Assembly (NCBI GenBank): GCA_045114745.1
Contig: JBGULD010000028.1
Span: 1-52,244, forward strand
Length of the DNA stretch: 52,244 bases
Direction: 5' to 3'
DNA from: Bacilli bacterium
GTDB lineage: Bacteria > Bacillota_I > Bacilli_A > RFN20 > CAG-826
Shown here: piece after piece, positions 45,051 through 52,244 of the stretch
Position numbering within the stretch: position 1 is the first letter of the stretch
Layout: every line of letters starts with the position of its first letter
Notes under the pieces: generated by a model
What the model saw: the letters and a program-made list of their open reading frames with translations, nothing else
Databases searched by the model: none
Told to the model about the DNA's origin: nothing
Translations under genes and position numbers: made by a program

Positions 45051-45419
45051 ATGACAAAGAAATTAAAACGTACCCTCGCTTATATCGGCATCATCGGTGG
45101 ATGCGCGGTTATGGCTTTGACTTTCTTCTCCATTTCCCAATACCAAAAAGCTAAATATCAAGCTTCAGTGACAGTGCAATTAACCGCAAAAAGTCATGTT
45201 GATAAAGCGACTGAAGAACAATTAGCAAATCCGGAAAGCGAAGCTTCTTGGTGGAAGTCTGTCTATGAAGACTTCACAAAAATCACCAAGCAAAATTCCG
45301 CAGCGTATGTGGGAACTGCTATTCCTGCTTATACCTTCTCCATGGCTACCTTAGTAGCGTTTGGCTTAGTCTTAAAACATGCTGATAAGACTAAAGAAGC
45401 GGAAGAAAAAGAAGTCTAG
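45051..45419 (+). CDS. Small membrane protein (2 TM), unknown function
   Basis: 122 aa, with AAGGAG SD, directly after the ATPase gene. Hydrophobic segments lie at both ends around a polar central loop. Confidence 0.55.
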   Translation: MTKKLKRTLAYIGIIGGCAVMALTFFSISQYQKAKYQASVTVQLTAKSHVDKATEEQLANPESEASWWKSVYEDFTKITKQNSAAYVGTAIPAYTFSMATLVAFGLVLKHADKTKEAEEKEV

Positions 45420-45434
45420 TCCTTTAATCTTAAT

Positions 45435-45466
45435 AGCCGGTAGTGAAAACTATCGGCTTTTTCTTT
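45435..45466 (+). terminator. Rho-independent terminator ending the ABC operon
   Basis: AGCCGGTAG-TGAAAA-CTATCGGCT followed by TTTTCTTTT. Confidence 0.75.
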
Positions 45467-45495
45467 TACAAAAAAGTAGTCAATTATTATATCTA

Positions 45496-45504
45496 TGATA
45501 AAAT
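45496..45504 (+). promoter_or_regulatory. Extended -10 element TGATAAAAT 9 nt upstream of ATG 45514
   Basis: TG-A-TAAAAT at 45496-45504. No SD between it and the start codon. Confidence 0.4.
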
Positions 45505-45513
45505 AATGGTTAC

Positions 45514-45984
45514 ATGGAAAAAGAAAAATCTTTATTCTTGGGATTATTACTCGCTTTAGTAGCGTTATTTGCCTTATGCGGATTCTCTTTGGTCCAATGT
45601 TTTGTCTATGGAACTTCCTCAGAAGATTCTAACTTTTTAGAAATCGCTTATTTATTTGTTCATTTAGTCATCGTGGCTGTTATTTTCTATTTAGCGTTCC
45701 GCGCTTATAAAACTAAATCTTCGATCATTCAAATGATGATGATTGAGGAAAGTGGTGTGAAAAATAGGAAATCACTTATCGTTTCCGGCATTTTAAGCGG
45801 CGTTTTCTTCTTTATCGGAATCTATTCCATGCTCCATGTTTTTGGTCTTAAAACACCGCCACTAAACTACTTATCTAGCAGTTTGTCACATGATTTGATG
45901 AATGCTGGATATCTATTTGGTGTCATTGCCTTAGCTTTCTTCCTCTATCCCTTCCTTCATAAGCAAGAGATAAAAGCGGAATAA
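45514..45984 (+). CDS. Membrane protein (4 TM), unknown function
   Basis: 156 aa with four clear hydrophobic helices. It has its own promoter-like element and terminator. Confidence 0.55.
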   Translation: MEKEKSLFLGLLLALVALFALCGFSLVQCFVYGTSSEDSNFLEIAYLFVHLVIVAVIFYLAFRAYKTKSSIIQMMMIEESGVKNRKSLIVSGILSGVFFFIGIYSMLHVFGLKTPPLNYLSSSLSHDLMNAGYLFGVIALAFFLYPFLHKQEIKAE

Positions 45985-45991
45985 TGAATAA

Positions 45992-46018
45992 GGATTGCTG
46001 TTATAGCAATCTTTTTTA
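45992..46018 (+). terminator. Rho-independent terminator
   Basis: GATTGCT-GTTAT-AGCAATC followed by TTTTTT. Confidence 0.75.
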
Positions 46019-46039
46019 TTTATAACTACGTTATGCGTG

Positions 46040-46069
46040 TGCTAATATTAAATTGGCAAGATATGCCAA
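46040..46069 (+). promoter_or_regulatory. glgB promoter (extended -10 TGCTAATAT) followed by a 17-bp palindrome TTGGCA-N5-TGCCAA
   Basis: TGC-TAATAT at 46040-46048. The palindrome at 46053-46069 covers the predicted transcription start. GGAGG SD at 46073-46077. Confidence 0.45.
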
Positions 46070-46084
46070 CACGGAGGTTTTAAA

Positions 46085-47977
46085 ATGGCTTTTGGATTAA
46101 CTTATGACTTTTTAATGGGTCAATGCATTGATGCACATAATTATTTCGGTGCTCATTTCACCAATCAAAATGGTGTTGATGGTGTCGTCTTTAGACTCTA
46201 CGCTCCATGCGCGAATGATGTTTCCGTCATCGGCGAATGGAACGGATGGGATGTTGGCGCTCATAAATTAAATAAAATCGATGATAGTGGTATTTGGGAA
46301 ATCTTTATTCCGGGATTAAGCAATTATCAATCATATAAATTCCATTTCTTAAACGCGAAAGGCAAATACGTCGATAAGGTTGATCCCTTTGCTTTCTTTG
46401 CGGAAATGCGCCCTGGCACATGTTCTAAGTTATTCGATAACCGTAACTTCGCTTGGCATGATGATCCATGGATGAAATCTAGAACCAGAAACTTTGACTC
46501 CGCGATGAGCATCTATGAGATGCATTTAGGTAGCTGGTATGGAAAAGCCGAAGATGGCCATACCCTTTCCTATGAAGAAATTGCTGATAAATTAATTCCA
46601 TATATTAAAGGTATGGGTTATACCCATGTCGAATTTATGCCTCTTGTGCAATATCCATTTGATGGTTCTTGGGGCTATCAAGGAACTGGTTTCTTCGCGA
46701 TTGATTCTCGATATGGCAATCCATTCCAATTAATGAGTTTAGTTGATAGATTACACCAAGCTGGAATCGGTGCGATTATTGACTTCGCTCCTGTTCACTT
46801 CGCCAAAGATAAATGGGCTTTAGCGGAATACGATGGTACCCGTATGTTTGAATATGACAATAAATGGAGAGTTTCTCCATGGGGTAGCTATCAATTCGAT
46901 TTAGGCAAAGATCCAGTGAGAAGCTTCTTAATGAGTGCGATTAACTACTTTGTAGATTATTTCCACTTCGACGGTGTCAGAGTTGATGCAGTCAGTAATA
47001 TTATTTATTACAATGGTGATTCCTCCATTGGTTTAAACGAAGGTGCGGTGGAATTCATTAAGAGATTAAATGCGAAGATGCATATCGCTCACGATTCCGT
47101 GATGATGATTGCGGAAGACTCCACAGCTTTTGCGGGAACCACCAAACCAACCGAACAAGGTGGCTTAGGATTTGACTATAAGTGGGATTTAGGCTGGATG
47201 AATGATACTTTGAAATACTATGCTTTAGACCCAATTTATAAGAAATATGACCACAATAAACTTACCTTCTCGATGGCTTATTTCTACGCAGATAACTTTA
47301 TGCTTCCTCTTTCCCATGACGAAGTCGTCCATGGTAAAGGCACAATTATTAATAAATTATGGGGCGATTATGATCAAAAATTTGCCTTGTTAAGAAATCT
47401 ATATACATATCAATATGGTCACCCAGGAAAGAAACTCAACTTCATGGGTAATGAACTTGGCACATTTGATGAATGGAATGAAAATAGAGGGTTGCAGTGG
47501 AACTTAAAACAATTCCCAAAACACGACTCCTTGTCGAGAATGCTTCATGACTTAAATGAAATTTATAAATATCACAAGGCCATGCATTTTGAAGAACATA
47601 ACCCAGAGAGATTCCATTGGTTAATGGTCGATAATAAAGATCAATCCGTCTTCGCCTTCCAAAGAAAAGTCGATGATGATGTTTTAGTCTTTGTTTATAA
47701 CATGACCACAAATTATTACGACTACATTAACATTCCTGTTTTAGAACAAGGAACATATGAAGAAATCTTCAATACCGATAAAGATATCTACAGTGGTTGG
47801 GGTCAATATAACGGCGCTCCTATTAATTCCGAACCAGGTAGTTTTGAAGGTTTGCCAGCACATATCACCATCAAATTAGCGTGTTTAGGTGCTTGTATCT
47901 TTAAACTTAAGGTTGAAGATAAAGCCCCAAAAAGAGTAAAATCTTCTACGGCAAAAGCCAAATCAAGTAAAAAGTAA
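46085..47977 (+). CDS. glgB: 1,4-alpha-glucan branching enzyme (GH13_9)
   Basis: CBM48-like N-terminus (VVFRLYAPCANDVSVIGEWNGW), GVRVDAVSN, IAEDST, LSHDEVVHGK. Confidence 0.92.
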   Translation: MAFGLTYDFLMGQCIDAHNYFGAHFTNQNGVDGVVFRLYAPCANDVSVIGEWNGWDVGAHKLNKIDDSGIWEIFIPGLSNYQSYKFHFLNAKGKYVDKVDPFAFFAEMRPGTCSKLFDNRNFAWHDDPWMKSRTRNFDSAMSIYEMHLGSWYGKAEDGHTLSYEEIADKLIPYIKGMGYTHVEFMPLVQYPFDGSWGYQGTGFFAIDSRYGNPFQLMSLVDRLHQAGIGAIIDFAPVHFAKDKWALAEYDGTRMFEYDNKWRVSPWGSYQFDLGKDPVRSFLMSAINYFVDYFHFDGVRVDAVSNIIYYNGDSSIGLNEGAVEFIKRLNAKMHIAHDSVMMIAEDSTAFAGTTKPTEQGGLGFDYKWDLGWMNDTLKYYALDPIYKKYDHNKLTFSMAYFYADNFMLPLSHDEVVHGKGTIINKLWGDYDQKFALLRNLYTYQYGHPGKKLNFMGNELGTFDEWNENRGLQWNLKQFPKHDSLSRMLHDLNEIYKYHKAMHFEEHNPERFHWLMVDNKDQSVFAFQRKVDDDVLVFVYNMTTNYYDYINIPVLEQGTYEEIFNTDKDIYSGWGQYNGAPINSEPGSFEGLPAHITIKLACLGACIFKLKVEDKAPKRVKSSTAKAKSSKK

Positions 47978-47996
47978 TTTTTAGGAGTTTACATAT

Positions 47997-50402
47997 ATGT
48001 TTGAAAATAAAGTGGCGTTCAAGAAATCTTTTACTGAACGCATGCTCGAAAGATATGGTGTTACTATAGCCGATAGTCATATCTCTGAAAGATACGCTAT
48101 TTTGGGCGAAATGGTCAGAGACTACGCTAACGTTGACTGGGGTGATACCAGAAATAAATCCATTAAAAAAGACCAAAAGACTTTAATCTATTTTTCTATG
48201 GAATTTTTAATTGGTCGTTTGCTTGTTAATAACATGCAAAACATGGGCATTTATGAAGTGGCCAAAGAAGGATTAAAAGATTTAGGTATTAATATTCACG
48301 AATTAGAAGAACAAGAAAGCGATGCTGGACTCGGTAATGGTGGTTTAGGCCGTCTTGCCGCCTGTTTCCTTGACTCTATTGCCTCTTTAGGATATTTGGG
48401 TCATGGTAACTGTATTCGTTATCAATATGGCTTCTTCCGTCAAAGAATCATTGATGGTAAACAAAAAGAATTACCGGATCAATGGTTAACTAATGGTAAC
48501 GTTTGGGAAATTAGACGTCCTAAATATGAATGTGAAGTCAAATTCTATGGTAATCCCGAGACATATTTAAAACCCGATGGAACATATGCGATTAGAACCG
48601 CGAATGCGGTTATCGTCCGTTCCGTTCCTTATGATATTCCTGTCGTCGGTTATAGAAATCATGTCACCAATTCATTAAGACTTTGGAATGCTGAACCATC
48701 CGCTCACCACTTACCAAGCAATATGACATTTGAAGAATACCTTCGTGCCTTAGATGAATTATGCCATGGTTTATATCCAGATGATTCTACAGAACACGGC
48801 CGTATTTTAAGATTAAGACAACAATATTTCTTAGTCAGTAGTGGTATTCAATGTACCTTAAAGAGCTTCTATAGACATCATGGTACCCTTAAGGGTATTC
48901 ATAACCATTATGTCTTCCAACTCAACGATACACATCCAATTTTAGCGATTCCTGAAATGATGAGAGTGATGATGGATGAATATGGCATGGGTTGGGATGA
49001 ATCCTGGGAAGAAGTCAGACAATGTATGGCCTACACAAACCACACCGTCATGGTGGAAGCTTTAGAGAAATGGCCAGTTAATTATGTCCAAACATTAATC
49101 CCACGTTGTTTCATGATTATTGAAGAAATCAACCGCAGATTTAATATTCAAATGAACGCTTTAGGCGTTAATGATGGTGAAAGATATGCGATGAACATCA
49201 TCAAAGATGGTCAAATCCATATGACTAATTTAGCCATCTATACCGCTTTCTCAGTCAATGGTGTTGCTGCTTTACATACCGAAATCTTAAAAGCGGTCAC
49301 ATTTAAAGATTTCTATAAATATATGCCAGAAAAATTCAACAACAAGACTAATGGTGTTACACATCGTCGTTGGTTGATGAATTCCAATCCTGAATTAGCA
49401 AAGCTAATTACCAGCAAGATTGGTGATGACTGGTATACAAATATGGCTAAGATTAAAGGCTTTGAAAAATACGCTGATGATAAAGAAGTGCTAAAAGCCT
49501 TAGCCAAGATTAAACTCGATAATAAGAAAGCTCTCGCTAAATACATTAAAGAACACCTCGATATCGATGTGGATGTGAATTCCATCTTTGATGTACAAAT
49601 CAAGCGTCTCCATGCTTATAAACGTCAATTACTCAATATCTTCCATATCATCTATCTCTACCAAAGAATGAAAGCGGATCAAAACTTTAGAATTTATCCA
49701 CGCACATTTATCTTTGGTGCGAAAGCTGCGCCTAGCTATGTCTATGCGAAGAAGATTATTGAATTAATCGTTGCTGTCGCAAACGTCATTAACAATGACG
49801 ATGAGATTTCTCCATACTTAAAAGTCGTCTTTATCGAAAACTATGGTGTCTCTTTAGCGGAAATCATTATTCCTGCCGCTGATGTATCCGAACAAATCTC
49901 TACCGCTGGTAAAGAAGCAAGTGGTACATCTAACATGAAATTAATGATGAATGGCGCTATTACTTTAGGAACCATGGATGGTGCCAATATTGAAATCGCA
50001 CAAAGCGCTGGCGAAGAAAACGAAGTTATCTTCGGTTTAAGAAACGAAGAAGTGGAAGAGCTCAACTATAACGGTTCTTATAATCCATGGGATATCTATA
50101 ACAATGATTACCGCATCAAAAACGTTTTAGATTCCTTATTCTCTGGTGAATGGACAAACTATAAACCAGATCGTTTCAGATTGATTTTTGATGAAATCAT
50201 GAATAACCGCGATAACTACTTCATCTTAAAAGATTTCGATAGTTATGTCGCCGCTCAAGAAAGAGTGGAAAGATTATACAAAAACAAGCAAGGCTGGCAA
50301 CGTATGTGCTTGATGAATATCGCCAATAGCGGAGGCTTCTCTAGCGACCGCACAATCAAGCAATACGCCGAAGAAATCTGGCATCTTAAAAAGGTTAAAT
50401 AG
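47997..50402 (+). CDS. glgP: Glycogen/maltodextrin phosphorylase (GT35)
   Basis: GLGNGGLGRLAACFLDS, NDTHP, TNHT, and the PLP site EQISTAGKEASGTSNMKLMMNGA. Confidence 0.95.
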   Translation: MFENKVAFKKSFTERMLERYGVTIADSHISERYAILGEMVRDYANVDWGDTRNKSIKKDQKTLIYFSMEFLIGRLLVNNMQNMGIYEVAKEGLKDLGINIHELEEQESDAGLGNGGLGRLAACFLDSIASLGYLGHGNCIRYQYGFFRQRIIDGKQKELPDQWLTNGNVWEIRRPKYECEVKFYGNPETYLKPDGTYAIRTANAVIVRSVPYDIPVVGYRNHVTNSLRLWNAEPSAHHLPSNMTFEEYLRALDELCHGLYPDDSTEHGRILRLRQQYFLVSSGIQCTLKSFYRHHGTLKGIHNHYVFQLNDTHPILAIPEMMRVMMDEYGMGWDESWEEVRQCMAYTNHTVMVEALEKWPVNYVQTLIPRCFMIIEEINRRFNIQMNALGVNDGERYAMNIIKDGQIHMTNLAIYTAFSVNGVAALHTEILKAVTFKDFYKYMPEKFNNKTNGVTHRRWLMNSNPELAKLITSKIGDDWYTNMAKIKGFEKYADDKEVLKALAKIKLDNKKALAKYIKEHLDIDVDVNSIFDVQIKRLHAYKRQLLNIFHIIYLYQRMKADQNFRIYPRTFIFGAKAAPSYVYAKKIIELIVAVANVINNDDEISPYLKVVFIENYGVSLAEIIIPAADVSEQISTAGKEASGTSNMKLMMNGAITLGTMDGANIEIAQSAGEENEVIFGLRNEEVEELNYNGSYNPWDIYNNDYRIKNVLDSLFSGEWTNYKPDRFRLIFDEIMNNRDNYFILKDFDSYVAAQERVERLYKNKQGWQRMCLMNIANSGGFSSDRTIKQYAEEIWHLKKVK

Positions 50403-50404
50403 TC

Positions 50405-50899
50405 ATGGCAAAGATTGAACTTGAAGAACTATTTAAAGCCCAAGCCGAACTAGATGCCACAATTGCCAAAAACCACAATATTTCTTATCAGACAACTCGC
50501 CATAGAAGAATCATGGCTTGTTTAGTGGAAATTGGTGAACTAGCAAACGCAACTAGATGTTTTAAATACTGGTCCAATAAAGGCAAGGAAGCAGATGACA
50601 TCGTCTTAGATGAATACGCTGACGGTTTACATTTTTTCCTATCTTTAGGTGTGGATATTAAAACTTCTAAAAGAAGTTATAATCGCACCAAACACTGCGA
50701 TAATTTAACCGATCAATTCTTAGAAGTCTATCATCGTTTAGACGTCTTTAGAAAGAAACAAGATGATGCTAGTTATATTAAAGCATTCCAAGCATTCTTA
50801 AATCTCTTGCCTCTATTAGGTTATAGATGGTCAGATTTAAGAAAAGCATATTTTAAAAAGCTTGGTGTTAATTATAATAGACAAGAAAACAATTACTAA
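50405..50899 (+). CDS. All-alpha dimeric-dUTPase-like NTP pyrophosphatase (dUTPase_2 family-like)
   Basis: Pattern LVEIGELANATRCFKYWS ... DEYADGLHFFLSLG matches the metal-binding helices of dimeric dUTPase/MazG-like enzymes. It starts 2 nt after the glgP stop. Confidence 0.55.
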   Translation: MAKIELEELFKAQAELDATIAKNHNISYQTTRHRRIMACLVEIGELANATRCFKYWSNKGKEADDIVLDEYADGLHFFLSLGVDIKTSKRSYNRTKHCDNLTDQFLEVYHRLDVFRKKQDDASYIKAFQAFLNLLPLLGYRWSDLRKAYFKKLGVNYNRQENNY

Positions 50900-50902
50900 T
50901 AT

Positions 50903-52159
50903 ATGTCCAAATTCAATGATGCGCTAAAGAAGGTTAATGATATAATCATCGATTTCTTAAAGAAATACTGGTTCATTTTTGCCCTTGCGATAGTGGTTAT
51001 TTTAGCTATTGTGGCTCGTATTCCTCTATATTCCAAAAAGAGTGGTGACTTTAATAGTTTCTTGCTTCCTTGGTATAGACAGTGCTATGAGAATCCCAAA
51101 GCATTTTTAGCGAAAAATGATGCTGATTATACACCGACATACATGTATTTCTTAGTGTTCATTTCCTGGTTTAAAGTTAATCCGGAAAGTAATGCCTATT
51201 TATACACACTAAAAACCATCAGCGTCATATTTGAATTTGGCAGTGCCTTTTTGATTTTTTGGATGGTAAAATTCATCTTCAAAAAACCGAACTGGTTAGT
51301 TTTATTAAGTGTATTTTTAGCATTATTTGTTCCTCAGATACTTCTTAATAGTGCGTTTTGGGGACAATGTGATTCGATTTTCACTTTCTTTATTATCTTA
51401 ACTCTTTTCTTATATTATAAGAAATTACCGCTTTTCTCGGCGATAAGCTATGGTATCAGTTTCGCTTTTAAACTCCAAAGTATTTTCTTCTTACCAGTTC
51501 TATTCTTGTTATGGCTTAATAAGAAATATCGCTTCTGGTATTTGTTATTAGTCCCTGTCATCTATGTCGTATTAATGGTTCCCGCTTTGATATGCGGAAG
51601 AAGTTTTATTTCTTGTTTGATGGTGTATGGTGAACAAACTGGTGAATATACTTATCTATCACTCAATGCTCCAAACATTTACGCTTTTGTTTATAAATCA
51701 ATGGTGACCAATAGTTCCGTGGAACAAGAACTCGTTCCTGCCGCAACAGTACTTGGATTAACTTCTATCTTAGTTCTTTGTATTTTCATTTTCTTAACTC
51801 ATAAAGATATCGCCGCGGAAGAGTTAATTAAGATATCTTTCCTCATCGCTTTATTTGCCCCATTTATGCTTCCAAAGATGCATGACCGTTATTTCTATTT
51901 AGCGGAAGTATTAGGAATAATGTATTTAGCGATTAATCCAAGAAAATGGTATATTCCCGCTTTATCGATTGCCGGTTCCTTCTCTGGATATAATGTTTAT
52001 TTATTCAACACCTATTATTTAGATGATCGAAATATTAATCTTATGATTGGTGCTACCTTAATCGTAGCGGCCTTAGTCTTACTTGGTATCGACGTCTTTA
52101 AAGGTAAAAAACCGACCTTTAAGTCGGAGGAATTAGAAGAAAAAAATAACACGATATAA
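50903..52159 (+). CDS. Polytopic membrane protein, GT-C-type glycosyltransferase-like (DUF2029/Gpi18-like)
   Basis: 418 aa with ~10 TMs. First-loop acidic motif SGDFNSFLLPWY. NSAFWGQCDS, AFKLQSIFFLP and LSLNAPNIY are reminiscent of polyprenyl-phosphate-sugar-dependent GT-C enzymes. Confidence 0.4.
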   Translation: MSKFNDALKKVNDIIIDFLKKYWFIFALAIVVILAIVARIPLYSKKSGDFNSFLLPWYRQCYENPKAFLAKNDADYTPTYMYFLVFISWFKVNPESNAYLYTLKTISVIFEFGSAFLIFWMVKFIFKKPNWLVLLSVFLALFVPQILLNSAFWGQCDSIFTFFIILTLFLYYKKLPLFSAISYGISFAFKLQSIFFLPVLFLLWLNKKYRFWYLLLVPVIYVVLMVPALICGRSFISCLMVYGEQTGEYTYLSLNAPNIYAFVYKSMVTNSSVEQELVPAATVLGLTSILVLCIFIFLTHKDIAAEELIKISFLIALFAPFMLPKMHDRYFYLAEVLGIMYLAINPRKWYIPALSIAGSFSGYNVYLFNTYYLDDRNINLMIGATLIVAALVLLGIDVFKGKKPTFKSEELEEKNNTI

Positions 52160-52194
52160 TGAACTGAACCCCATTTAGTTCACAGGTTGAAAAA

Positions 52195-52230
52195 ACCTCT
52201 TGACGTAAAATATACGTTAGGAGGTTTTTT
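52195..52230 (+). terminator. Strong rho-independent terminator whose 3' arm contains the next gene's SD
   Basis: ACCTCTTGACGT-AAAATAT-ACGTTAGGAGGT (12 bp including two G-U pairs) followed by T6. Confidence 0.8.
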
Positions 52231-52232
52231 AT

Positions 52233-52244
52233 ATGGCTAGTAAG
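52233..52244 (+). CDS. Start of an unidentified gene (4 codons, MASK...), truncated by the window edge
   Basis: ATG at 52233 lies 8 nt after AGGAGG. Too short to identify. Confidence 0.3.

Noticed and set aside
1-52244. CRISPR arrays, rRNA/tRNA genes, prophage or classical defence genes (restriction-modification, toxin-antitoxin, Cas).
   Set aside because: I saw no spaced direct repeats, no GC-rich structured RNA genes, and no nuclease, methylase or toxin-like ORFs. The only mobile-element trace is the 20-codon TnpB fragment at the left edge.

Overview
This window looks like a low-GC Firmicutes/Mollicutes-type chromosome, possibly Acholeplasma- or Erysipelotrichia-like. It uses the standard code: long ORFs are not broken by TGA. 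All family calls rest on motifs I recognise by eye; no database search was run.

Positions 1-21.6 kb are a housekeeping block whose gene order resembles Bacillus subtilis: rpsD, ezrA, iscS/nifZ-thiI, infC-rpmI-rplT with an L20-type leader, thrS, pfkA, dnaB-dnaI (helicase loaders), a fused mutM-coaE, polA, dnaE, nrnA and ackA. At the extreme left edge sits the first 20 codons of a TnpB-type IS200/IS605 gene.

Positions 21.8-31 kb are an accessory stretch:
- Three paralogous surface proteins, each with a cleavable signal peptide, CBM25/26-like starch-binding modules, a shared uncharacterised ~90-aa module and a C-terminal TM anchor.
- An orphan ThiS/ThiF pair interrupting the three.
- A beta-lactamase-fold hydrolase and a Cof-type HAD phosphatase.
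- A translationally coupled LURP-one-related (DUF567) / membrane-protein pair.

Positions 31.2-52.2 kb are a large alpha-glucan locus. It encodes a GH13 lipoprotein amylase, unknown lipoproteins, MalQ, a 1104-aa pullulanase and a maltodextrin-type ABC importer whose ATPase carries an insertion and an acidic tail. It also encodes two small membrane proteins and glgB-glgP, apparently co-transcribed with a dimeric-dUTPase-like gene and a GT-C-like membrane protein. No regulator, glgA or glgC is present.

The most interesting candidate is the combination of anchored CBM proteins with the lipoprotein glycosidases and importer, which could be a Sus-like starch capture apparatus. Other notable observations:
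- a four-box DnaA cluster upstream of dnaB-dnaI;
- a DnaI whose Walker A lysine is replaced by arginine;
- the Fpg-CoaE fusion;
- several apparently leaderless genes.

No rRNA, tRNA or CRISPR array was seen.
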